39,229 nucleotides of DNA, taken from contig JAZQIE010000059.1 of the NCBI GenBank assembly GCA_045540975.1, positions 1 through 39,229 on the forward strand, in the 5' to 3' direction. The position numbers and the translations under genes were made by a program. The notes under the pieces were generated by a model. The model ran no database searches. It saw nothing but the letters and a program-made list of their open reading frames with translations, and was not told where the DNA came from. The first letter of the stretch is position 1, and the number at the start of each line of letters is the position of its first letter. This document shows positions 25,599 through 35,500 of this stretch, piece after piece. The stretch comes from Eubacteriales bacterium (GTDB lineage Bacteria; Bacillota; Clostridia; Oscillospirales; JAAYXM01).

Positions 25599-27913
25599 TA
25601 GATTTCTTCCTTTCTGGAATCATTGAAAAGATTATTGAATCTTCTAAAATTAATTAAAACAGGATCGATCCACCACTTGTAGTTGGAGCGAATCACATTG
25701 GGCAAACAATAATAAACTTCGCTTCTCGGATAAGAGAATTCTGACAAAACGTTAATATTGGTTTGGTACTCCAGCTTGTTATCGTTATCGATGTCAATAT
25801 TTAGCGAAAAGTTAACTGTCTTGTAACCGTCCGGATTTTCTTTGCTGCGGTTAAATGCTGCGGTAAATGGGTAAATCGTATTAAACAGATTGTGGTCGAA
25901 TGGCGTATTACCGTAACTTCCTGTTTTGAAATATTCAAGTATTTCAATCGTTGTATTTACCCAAGTTTCTGCGTGTTGGTAGGGCGCATCACTTACTGAT
26001 AGCAGACGCATATAATGCTTTTTTAACACGCGTTTATCAATGATTTCGTATTTGCCTACTGCCACGTATAGATTGTGTGGGTTAGGCATGTTAGAGTTGT
26101 TGGATAAATCGCAAAAAGAGATAAAAGCATCAAATAAGCGAAGAGTTCCTTTGGGATGATCGGTTTCATAATTCTCTTTCGCAAGTTTTTCGGCTTTTCC
26201 TTGTGCAGCAGCAAAAAATTCATCTTCAAGCTTTTTTTGCGCGTCGGCAATGATGTCCTCGCTTAAGCACTTGTTGCTTGCCTCGTTGTCATACTCTGCT
26301 TTGATTTCCCCGTATTTATACAAACCGGAGTAAAAACACATAAGGTGCTTGAATGTTTCGCTAAGTATGATACATGCATGACGAATCCGCTTTTCACTCT
26401 CTGTAGAAGAATCCATGCTTTTTAAAAGCGAAATATTACTGTGGAGGTTTCCTGTGTAGATCAGGCTCTCATTCTGTTTGTTCTCCTGAAACATGGAGAG
26501 GTGGGAAACGATTAACATCGCACGCGCACGCGCTAATAATCTCCCTGTTGGTTTTGGTTTTGTGATTTTGCCGAAACCACCCGCTTCACCTACAACAAGT
26601 TTTGTGTCGTGAATTCGCTGCACCTCTGCATTTAATTCAGCCTGCTTTACGTTGAAACAAGGGAGGTCTGTGCGCTTGTATAAATTGGATACTATGTCGT
26701 AAAATGTCTGCGGAACACTCCACATAAGACGCTCAAGGACTGCAGTGGGACTTGCTTCGATGAGTAACATGATAACAATGGTATCCCAGTCAAGCGAATG
26801 AATGTCATTTTCGTAAACCGGTTGTTTAGACTGCGCCCCGCTTTTTTGAAAAACATACGGATATGCCGCACCGAAATGCTTATGAATTGCCTCTTTGCTT
26901 CCCGCGTTGGCACTGATTGCATCGGAAATTGCCAATGCCAGATTCTTGATATACTTATAATTAACAGTATGTATCTGATCAATGCTGTTAGAGTTTTTGA
27001 TGGTTTTGTCTGATTGTGACGAAAAAGGCATTTCGAAGCCGGTCAGTTCCATGTATACTTCGTTTGGACGCTGATTAATTAAATGTGATGAATTGTTGTC
27101 ATCGTCAGGGAGCGTGAAAACAACGGAATTGTTGCCGGAAAAGTATTTCAACACAATTAACGGTTGAGTGGATTGATTTGCGTCTGCAATATCTTCTCGC
27201 AATTCCACACTAAACAGATGATAAATTCCGCCGAACAGATTTGAATCGCGGAAGAAAATATGGTTTAACGGTAACACATCGAAGTCACAAGAGGAATTGT
27301 TTGTGCAGACAAAACGAAACATATCTGCACTCAGTTGTTGTAATTCATAATTGTGCAAGAAGGTTAATGTCTCAAGCAGTTCTTTTAACATTCTAAGCGA
27401 TTCGGCCTTGTTTTCGCATTGATAGCGTGAAGGATTTTTATCATATGCGGAAATGAGTTTAAAATAAGGATTGAAACTAAAACGACTCATATCCCTATTG
27501 CTTAAATCACCAAATACATCCTTTAATTCCCCACCGTTTTGGGCCAAGTCAAACTGAATATCTGTCAACACATATTGAATCAGTTCTTGGGTGGCAGGAT
27601 ATCGCACGAAGACGTCTTTTAAACTCTTGATTACCCGTTTAGCATTATGCTTCCCCATTTTTTGAGAGAACATACCGCCGAAGTCCATATCATAACGGTA
27701 ACATGCATAAGAAAAATAGAATGTCAACAATAAAGCATTTTTCATGAAAACAGGATAAAGCCTATACTGACTCAATAAATCCTCCAAAAGTTCATCTATA
27801 TCGTCCGTGCCGAAGATGAAACTACGGATATTACTGTCGACGATTGTATCCTCTAAAAGATGTTCAAGCAGTCGTCTTTGCTTTTTAATCTCGTCTTGGA
27901 CCCTATTCTCCAT
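25598..27913 (-). CDS. Hypothetical protein, 771 aa
   Basis: Long open frame in AT-rich DNA, GGAGGA RBS, TAATG coupling to the next gene; no family recognised. Confidence 0.85.
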   Translation of the reverse strand: MENRVQDEIKKQRRLLEHLLEDTIVDSNIRSFIFGTDDIDELLEDLLSQYRLYPVFMKNALLLTFYFSYACYRYDMDFGGMFSQKMGKHNAKRVIKSLKDVFVRYPATQELIQYVLTDIQFDLAQNGGELKDVFGDLSNRDMSRFSFNPYFKLISAYDKNPSRYQCENKAESLRMLKELLETLTFLHNYELQQLSADMFRFVCTNNSSCDFDVLPLNHIFFRDSNLFGGIYHLFSVELREDIADANQSTQPLIVLKYFSGNNSVVFTLPDDDNNSSHLINQRPNEVYMELTGFEMPFSSQSDKTIKNSNSIDQIHTVNYKYIKNLALAISDAISANAGSKEAIHKHFGAAYPYVFQKSGAQSKQPVYENDIHSLDWDTIVIMLLIEASPTAVLERLMWSVPQTFYDIVSNLYKRTDLPCFNVKQAELNAEVQRIHDTKLVVGEAGGFGKITKPKPTGRLLARARAMLIVSHLSMFQENKQNESLIYTGNLHSNISLLKSMDSSTESEKRIRHACIILSETFKHLMCFYSGLYKYGEIKAEYDNEASNKCLSEDIIADAQKKLEDEFFAAAQGKAEKLAKENYETDHPKGTLRLFDAFISFCDLSNNSNMPNPHNLYVAVGKYEIIDKRVLKKHYMRLLSVSDAPYQHAETWVNTTIEILEYFKTGSYGNTPFDHNLFNTIYPFTAAFNRSKENPDGYKTVNFSLNIDIDNDNKLEYQTNINVLSEFSYPRSEVYYCLPNVIRSNYKWWIDPVLINFRRFNNLFNDSRKEEI

Positions 27914-27930
27914 AAACGTTCCTCCGTTGA

Positions 27931-28845
27931 CTAACAGTTGCTGATAATTGCCGCAAGCTTCCTGTATCTTTCCAGTGCAAGTTTCTCGTTTTCATTCAGT
28001 TCAGCTTGGGTGGCCAGTTGACCTTCGCGCCACATGAAACTCTTGACCGCCGGAATCCCAAATTCGTTTTCGTCTAACATACCGGTTTCGTAAGAAATAT
28101 CGTCGTCAGCGTTTTGAACCAGCATTTCAAACTGAGATGTAATACGTTTAACTGCATAATCCGGGTATTTCTTGTCATCTACAATTACTTCTTCCTGGGG
28201 AATAACATTTGGCACAGCTATAATCTTCTTTCGTCCGTCAAACGAACCACCCTGTTCCAAGGATTTTAAAAATCTAACGGTTCCGTTGACAAATTGGATG
28301 GTAGGACGCATGCAGCAGACAACAATGTTGGAGACCTGATTTGTAGCATTCGCTGTTGCGTTGTTGCCAACAGCAGCATCTAAAATCACCGCAGGAACTT
28401 TATAATACTTGCAAACGTCAATAAAATCGCGCAGTTTTTCGGTGAAAGGATTGTTGGAATCGTTATAGTTTCCCTGGTCATCAACGTTTTTTACATCTTT
28501 TGCAGCCAAGAATAAAATAGATTCTTTATCGTAGCCGAAATGGTCTCCGACAGCAAAGAGATCTTTGAAATTAGGATGTTGCCAAATGAATTCCGGATAG
28601 TCTAAGGATTTCAATCCGTTCTTCAACAAGTCCTGTGTACAACATTCGTCGGTTACTTCGGTATCAACCCCTAATAAATAAGACATGCCGCAACTATCTA
28701 AGTCAGTATCAATGATGATTATGGGATGGTCTTTGGTAGGATGAAGATGTTCTTTGGCGAGAATCGGAATCGTATTATATGCTAAAGTACTTCTGCCGGC
28801 ACCACCCTTGTATGAAAAATAAGAAATTACTTTTAACCTTGCCAT
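27931..28845 (-). CDS. ParA/MinD-like ATPase, KGGxGR variant
   Basis: Deviant Walker A SYKGGAGRST (Arg in place of Lys), IIDTDLD, ILDAAVG; GGAGGA RBS. Confidence 0.82.
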   Translation of the reverse strand: MARLKVISYFSYKGGAGRSTLAYNTIPILAKEHLHPTKDHPIIIIDTDLDSCGMSYLLGVDTEVTDECCTQDLLKNGLKSLDYPEFIWQHPNFKDLFAVGDHFGYDKESILFLAAKDVKNVDDQGNYNDSNNPFTEKLRDFIDVCKYYKVPAVILDAAVGNNATANATNQVSNIVVCCMRPTIQFVNGTVRFLKSLEQGGSFDGRKKIIAVPNVIPQEEVIVDDKKYPDYAVKRITSQFEMLVQNADDDISYETGMLDENEFGIPAVKSFMWREGQLATQAELNENEKLALERYRKLAAIISNC

Positions 28846-28868
28846 AATATCCTCCGTGAATTGTTATT

Positions 28869-31157
28869 TTAGCCTAATTTGGTATACATGTTGCTTCTGT
28901 GATTGACATCGCTTGAGATGTCATCAATGTTATGGTTGATAATTGCACGCACATCTTCTTTGAAATATTTGGTTTGTTTCTCATATTCTTCAGGTGTGCA
29001 ACGCTTGAATGAGGAACTGTTTGCATAGCATTCGGCAACTACCATTTCCGTCATAGCGCCAAAAAGTTTTGCATACGTGCCGTTTTCATCTTGTGTGGGA
29101 TTAACTGTATCGGGTGCAAAACATGCCGCTGCCTGAGAGAATGCTTGTGTAAGAAGTGCAACGAATTGTGTGCTCAATTCCTTCTCTATCAGTTCACAGA
29201 TGCTATCCTCAACAGTTGGCTTTTTCAACCTTTCCTCTTCTAATAATTGTTCAAGTAACGCAATGCGGCTGTCACGCTGCGCAATCAGTCTGTCTTTTTC
29301 CTCTTCTGCTTTTTCGTGACGAGCTTTCAACTGCGTGATTTCGCCGTTGGGACCGGTAAGTCTGCTGTAATACTCTTGCTCTCTTTTTTGATTGTCGGCA
29401 CCAACTTCGATATACTTTTTTTCGTATGCTTCGTAGTATTCGTAAAGCTCTTTCAAAGCATTAACATAATAATAGTTACTACCGCTGAAATATCCGTCTT
29501 TTTCCCAAATCCACTCGGTGGTCTTGCCTTGCTCGGAACTTTCGGTGTATCGGTTTTCTAAAATAAAACCGGTGTACTTCTGCATGTTGATTTGGGGGTA
29601 TTTCACCAAATATGCGTTAATGATGTTGTTGGTGTGGATGAGCATGGGAAGAAGAGAGAAGACCCTCATGCGCAGTTTTCTTAAATCGTTAACACGTTCC
29701 TTATGGAAAACGAAGCGTTCGTTAAAACCGATAAGAAATTGGTCAACAATATAGTCCTTGCCATCGTTTTTTAAACTTTCATATGTACGGAAAGCTCGTT
29801 GTACGGCGAGCTGACAACTCTCGAGGAGGTTGTTGTATTCTCGCGATTTTTGGACGGAAAGGTTCCTTTGCTCTTCACGTTCTTGAGGAGTAATACTCTC
29901 ATCAGCGCTTTTTATTTCCGCCTGACGCATTTGCAGTTGCAATAACTCATCCATGCCACCGTCAATCAGGATATTAACAATATATACGGTGTTAAACAGA
30001 ACGTCACTGGTAGTACTCATGCGAAGTTCACTTTCGCTAAGTTTTGTAGCTAGGTCATTATAGAAGAAACTGTCTGCCAAGTCGGTGTTAACAAAACTCC
30101 AAATTGCGCTTGCAACATCTTTTAAATGCTTTTCCAAGAGTCCGTAGCGATGCGTAGAATCTACTTTGATTTCCTCGTATGGATCTTGCTCGCCGATTCT
30201 ATCGTTAGAGTTAATCATTCTAAATAAACGAACAAGTTCATTGTAGGTATCGTGACGGGCAACATCTTTGGGCTTGTCAGCGTTCTCTGCTTCTTCGAAC
30301 TGGTATTTTTCTTTCTGTTCGTCAAACTTCGCTTTGGCTTCTTCGTCAATTGGAGTGCCAAATTGTGCGTTGTTAAATAGGCTATACGGATATTTTAACA
30401 CTTCCTCAAATGTTGCGAACATATCCAGGAAACATTCACCGACTGTAAAGGTAAAGTATAAAGAAGGTTCTTCACAGTTCTTTGCAAAGTTCCAGCCGAT
30501 TTTCAAGCCTTTGCCATCCGGATTTTTGCTACCATCGATAAATGCGTTGTTGATATAGCGGAGACCGTATCGAATAATGCTAATTAAGTTGTGCTCCCAT
30601 TTGCAAATCTGTCCGGCCTCAGCATGGATGGTTAAAATCTGGAAGAAGGTAGGAAGTACCCAAGTGATGGTTTCAATGCTTGCGATTTCGGTATCAAAGT
30701 GATCAGAATCATACGGAGAAGCATCAAATATAAAGAGTTCCTTAACGCTCTCCTGTTCGTTTATATCCTCGTCAATTTCAATGTCGCTCACACGGAGTTT
30801 GTTGATGATATCTTTCAAAATCGCATCCATTATATTACGGATAGACCGATGGTGAATGGTGTCATACTCGGTATTGTCAAACTCCAAGCCAAAGTCGTTA
30901 ACCAACGAAACCAGTGTTTGAAGGCCTTGACACTGTGACAGCAAACCAACCTTCTTTTCGGCGTCGTCCATTGGAATACCCAGTTTACCGTTGCCCAAAT
31001 CGATTAGACGTGCATTGATCGCTTTGAAGATATCACGAGCAACTTCGCCTTGCGCTTTGTAAATCGGAAAGATGGTTTCAATATGCTCACGCTCATGACT
31101 CTGCATTGTTTTTTTGTCCAGTATATCCTTTAAGGGGTTGTTTTCAAACTGTTCCAT
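28869..31157 (-). CDS. Hypothetical protein, 762 aa, helical with C-terminal coiled coil
   Basis: Long ORF with GGAGGA RBS; E/K/R/Q-rich heptads near aa 600-660; weak alpha/alpha-barrel-like repeats (GLRYI...GW...SLYFT). Confidence 0.85.
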   Translation of the reverse strand: MEQFENNPLKDILDKKTMQSHEREHIETIFPIYKAQGEVARDIFKAINARLIDLGNGKLGIPMDDAEKKVGLLSQCQGLQTLVSLVNDFGLEFDNTEYDTIHHRSIRNIMDAILKDIINKLRVSDIEIDEDINEQESVKELFIFDASPYDSDHFDTEIASIETITWVLPTFFQILTIHAEAGQICKWEHNLISIIRYGLRYINNAFIDGSKNPDGKGLKIGWNFAKNCEEPSLYFTFTVGECFLDMFATFEEVLKYPYSLFNNAQFGTPIDEEAKAKFDEQKEKYQFEEAENADKPKDVARHDTYNELVRLFRMINSNDRIGEQDPYEEIKVDSTHRYGLLEKHLKDVASAIWSFVNTDLADSFFYNDLATKLSESELRMSTTSDVLFNTVYIVNILIDGGMDELLQLQMRQAEIKSADESITPQEREEQRNLSVQKSREYNNLLESCQLAVQRAFRTYESLKNDGKDYIVDQFLIGFNERFVFHKERVNDLRKLRMRVFSLLPMLIHTNNIINAYLVKYPQINMQKYTGFILENRYTESSEQGKTTEWIWEKDGYFSGSNYYYVNALKELYEYYEAYEKKYIEVGADNQKREQEYYSRLTGPNGEITQLKARHEKAEEEKDRLIAQRDSRIALLEQLLEEERLKKPTVEDSICELIEKELSTQFVALLTQAFSQAAACFAPDTVNPTQDENGTYAKLFGAMTEMVVAECYANSSSFKRCTPEEYEKQTKYFKEDVRAIINHNIDDISSDVNHRSNMYTKLG

Positions 31158-31168
31158 GGTTTTCCTCC

Positions 31169-32176
31169 TTAATTTTCTAATTTGTTTAAGAGTGAATAGA
31201 GTATAACTGAATCAAGTGTTATTACCGGGCGGATGCCTTTTTGATATAATTTGTGATTGTAACCGTTTTTATATATTGTACCATCCTCACGAATAACTGC
31301 TTGAAGATGACCGACTGTTTCGGTAAGCCACCAAATCTTATTTCTTGACAGTTCTTCTTGTGTCAATTGCTCGGCTTCTTCCAAGGTCAACAATCTAATT
31401 TTCCCCTGTAATTCACGCTGCTCATTCTCCGAGAAAGATTCCTTTGTAAATTTATTCAGCCAATCGCTTAGCGCTTGTCCACCTAAAGTGTCGGTTAAAA
31501 CATCTTGACAGAGCAAGGTGGATTGATTGTTTTCATCAGAGATTTTACGCCAAAGAATAGGTTTGTTGTCGTAAATCCCGAGCCTAAAAATAACATCCTT
31601 ATTTGCGTTCGAAAGGTCTACAAGTTTATCGCGGATTAGTTCATGTTCGTCTACTGTTTGAGCTGCAAGGCTTTTTATGTTTTGGAATAAGCTTTGCTTG
31701 TCCGCTACATTGGTTGCGGAATAGAACAAATGATCTTTTTTTCCGAAAAGGCTGCGAAAATCATCGTAATCATCATCGGAAAAAAGATCCTCTCGTTTTT
31801 TGACGAAATTCGTCAAAAAACGATAATCAAAATCCTGATCGTCACCTATCATAATAATTTGCGGATAGAACATACCTTTAGGACGAGATTCCTTCGTTTT
31901 AGCGGCCGCGCGCCACTCCTTTGCGACGTTAGGACTCTCAATTGCGCTTTTGCTGCAAAAGAATAGAATTCCGGAACAATTCTCGTGTGACAACAAGTCT
32001 TTTGCGATGGTTTCCCAATCGTCGCCACCCATAAACGCTGTGTCCCACCAAATGCGAACACCCTTGTCAATCAGATAATTGGTCCAATCTTGTACAATTT
32101 CCTTGTCATCATGTGCATAACTGACAAACAAAAACTTGTCTGTTGTTGCTTCGGCAGTTGTGTAAAAACTCCGCAT
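31169..32176 (-). CDS. TIR-domain protein with C-terminal DUF6273-like domain
   Basis: FLFVSYAHDD, IWWD....G.DW, GILFFCS..AIES.NVAKEW (candidate catalytic Glu); C-terminal LG....PILWR...LL...WLN.F....FS..E...IRLL..EEA...WWL...GIRPVI.L. Confidence 0.82.
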   Translation of the reverse strand: MRSFYTTAEATTDKFLFVSYAHDDKEIVQDWTNYLIDKGVRIWWDTAFMGGDDWETIAKDLLSHENCSGILFFCSKSAIESPNVAKEWRAAAKTKESRPKGMFYPQIIMIGDDQDFDYRFLTNFVKKREDLFSDDDYDDFRSLFGKKDHLFYSATNVADKQSLFQNIKSLAAQTVDEHELIRDKLVDLSNANKDVIFRLGIYDNKPILWRKISDENNQSTLLCQDVLTDTLGGQALSDWLNKFTKESFSENEQRELQGKIRLLTLEEAEQLTQEELSRNKIWWLTETVGHLQAVIREDGTIYKNGYNHKLYQKGIRPVITLDSVILYSLLNKLEN

Positions 32177-32224
32177 GTCGAATGCCCCTCCAAAAAATAA
32201 ATCGCAATACTAATATTCATTATA

Positions 32225-32253
32225 ATTATACGATTTTACAATGTTTTTGTCAA
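32225..32253 (-). promoter_or_regulatory. Perfect-consensus sigma-A promoter for the five-gene operon
   Basis: Minus strand TTGACA-17 nt-TATAAT; GGAGGGG RBS at 32185-32191. Confidence 0.85.
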
Positions 32254-32448
32254 TGTTCCATGGGTCTATTATTTGTTTTCTAGGAATAAATTGTCAGTTT
32301 TTGTTCTGCAGATGATAATCCTATCTTGTTTTCTAAAAAGCAGAAATGACACAGCGAATAAGTAAATATTTATTTTGTAAAAAACTGAAGTTTGCAAAAA
32401 CCCTTTATTCACTCATGAACACCATCTTGTTTGATCCCCGCGTGGCAT

Positions 32449-32502
32449 AAAAAGCCCTCCTATGGACGTTGGCTCAAGTCGACCGTAGGAGGGCTTTTTT
32501 TT
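32449..32502. terminator. Strong bidirectional terminator-like hairpin at the island edge
   Basis: AAAAAGCCCTCCTATGG...CCGTAGGAGGGCTTTTT. Confidence 0.8.
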
Positions 32503-32567
32503 ATTGTGAAACAACAAGGTTCCGGGGCACCCGACCGCAATCTATGATTGCGTGACGGGTCGGGTTC

Positions 32568-35500
32568 TTATTCCGCGGTTTTTACAATGGTTTCAAGCGC
32601 AGTTTTTTCGTCGTCACTCATGTTTTCGCCGTTACGAGCGAGACCGTTTTCCGCAACCTCAAAGATGGAACGCTCGGTCCAGGTGTCACCGTAAACCGTT
32701 TGCTCAACGCCGTTTTCATCCACATAAATGACATACGCTCTTGCGACAAAGACACGTTTGTAGTGTCTCGGCTCAAGGTTAATCAAAACCGCGGTGAAGG
32801 TGACCGAATCCAGCGAATCACGGTAGCGATTCTTTGCGACAACCTTCGCGGATTCCGCACCGTTCTTACCGACATAACCCAAGGTCAAATCCGAGCCGTC
32901 ATGACCGTCTAAGAGGAAATCCTTCGGCAGGAGAACCGTACCGAATTCCTTCACCTTGGAGGAGTCAACGTTGTACTCACTCTTATAGATGGTGGAGATG
33001 AAGCGGAGACCCTGATCGCCTTTGGTACGAACCTGCGCACCCTCAAGTGTGTAGAACGCATCACCGGTGCGGTGCAGGGTCAGTCCGTGGAGCGAAATCA
33101 GACCGCCGCTTGTACCTTTGTAGTTCACTGCGGTGGATTTCACGGTCAGAATGTACTCGCCCGCATAAAGCGCACGTTCGCCAAGCTCCAAGCCGTAGGC
33201 CAGGTTGCTTCTCTTGGTGATGTGATGGGAGCCAACCTTCCATCTCTCAGCGGTCGGGTCGGTCGCATTAATGGGTGCAATGTAAACATCAAAGTCGTTG
33301 GCTTTGCTCCAATCGGAGATGTTGAGCACTGTGCCGTAGTTTGCATCCTGATCAACCTTGAACTTGAGCTGAGTGTAAGTACCCACGGTTTTCGAGCTCA
33401 TCACAAACAAGCCGTAGCCTTGGGAGGTGGACTTGGTGTAATTGCAGTAGTTTTCGCTCGCGCTGGTGCTAAGCAGCATCCACGGTGCAGAGCCGCCGTC
33501 GGTCGATGCGGTGTATGAAGTCGCAAAATCCGTAGTAAACAGATTAAACGCGGTTGCATCGTTAAATTCGGTCGGGAAATCACGGTATTTCTCAACCGGT
33601 GCCTTAAAGTCAAAGGTGTAGGAGGAATTCTCCTTCTGTCCGATGATGACACGAACCTTGCCGACAATCGTTCCGTCCGCGGTGGAAATCGCGGTGATGA
33701 GCGCGGTACCTTCGGTTACCGCCTTGGTGGTGATTTCACCGCTTGCGCTAACCGTTGCAACCGCTTCGTTGTCGGAAACCCAGGTCACAGTCTGTTCCGC
33801 CAAAAGCGGATGAATCATCGGAATGAGCGTATGACTTGCATTTGCGCTTAAGTACAGCGCTTCGTCCACATGGTTGATAAAGCGAATATCCTTCGGCTTC
33901 GGCTGGACATACGGACCTGTTTTGTGCAGGACAAACGCGTGCAGATAGATGTAACGGCCGATTGATTCCGCAGACTTCAGCACCATGTTGTATTTGCCCT
34001 TTGCCAAATGGATTCCGTCAAAGCGCTGGCTGTCAAGACCGAGGTCTGTCACAATCACATCGCCGTCTGCTTCGCCATCCAATTCCGTGGTGCCGACGTA
34101 ATATGCCTCATGCATCAAGTCGTCGGTCGGGCAAGAAATCGGGGAGATGTAGAGTTCCACCTGACGGGAGCCCTGTGTATCGGACGAATTCAGCGCCAGA
34201 TACTGAAGGATTTCCGGAGTGTAGTAACCGTCTTCGGTGATTTCAATCTCAAAATGTGCGTAAGAGTCGTTGTTGTTGCCGAGGAGGAAGAGACCGTATT
34301 TGTAGTTCGGGTCGGTCTTATCTCCCTCGCCGTCCTCGATTGCGGATTCACCGGTATACGCGGTGGAGATGGAATCGTATTTTTCAATCAAACGCCAGCC
34401 CTGACCGAAGTCATGGTAGTTCTTCCAGGAATAAGCCGCATCGGTGAAGGTGGTGTCATCGGCAATGTTGACTCTGAGCTTACCGGTGGACTCCGCGTAC
34501 TTCTTGATAACCTCGTTGAAGGCGTAAACCTGTGCGGTGGAGCCAACCTGAATGACCACAGTCTCCGAACGAGCATCACGCGCGGTCGCGGTAATGAGTG
34601 CGACACCTTCGCCCTTCGCGGTCACAAGACCGGTATTCTTATCAACCGTTGCAACGTCGGTGTTCGACGAAGTCCATGAAACGATATCCTGCACCGCCCA
34701 AATCGGCTTGACGGATGCGGTAAGCTGCACGGTATCACCAATCGCCAAAGGCGCCATCGCCTCAGACGGTTTTGTGATGACCACAGCCTTCGGGGTGAGG
34801 GGGTCAGCCTCGGTGTCGGTCTCAACCAACGCGAGGTGATACAGATAGAGGTAACGCGCGGTTTTTTCGCCGTTTGCATTCAGCGTACCGTTGTATTCGC
34901 CAACCTTAAAGGTGAGGTAATACTCACCCGCTCCGAGGTACATTGCCTCATCGCTTCTCTTTGCCTTGATTGTGCCTGCACCCGGAGCATTCGCATCGGG
35001 AGTCAGCGTCATTACATGCTTGGTGTACGGGTCCTGACTAATCGGGGAAATGTAAACCTCGGACTCGCGCATATTTCCGGGGCCGTTGTCACGGTACAAC
35101 ACTTCGGGGGTGTACCATCCGCTTGTATCCACGCGAATCTTAAAGCGCACCCACTTGTCACTCCCGTTGCCAAGGTCGAGGAATACGCCGTAGCGTTCGT
35201 TGTATGTGGCATTGCCGTTGTTGTCTACGTGCGCCTGATACACGGTGGGGAGGATGGTGTTTGCATCCTGACCCACGAAAACCCACTTGTCACCGACAGT
35301 GACCTTGCTGTAATCGTTAAAATAGTCAAATGCAATCGAGGACAAAGACTGCTCGGCAAGATATTTCTTTGCCACATTGTTAAAGGTATAGAGCAGAGCA
35401 CCGGTAGATACCGAGGTGACCTCCTCACGTCCGTCAACCGTTGCGGTAATCACATTACTGCCCTTGAGTGTTCCGCTTGCGGTGAGAACGCCGTTATTTA

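Noticed and set aside
24789-32176. Assignment of the TIR operon to Thoeris, CBASS or Pycsar
   Set aside because: No SIR2/SLOG, Macro, nucleotidyltransferase or cyclase motifs were recognised.
32430-32448. CCCCGCGTGG as the matching IS200 end on the far side of the island
   Set aside because: Only a short partial match to the 24595-24617 hairpin with no complementary arm.
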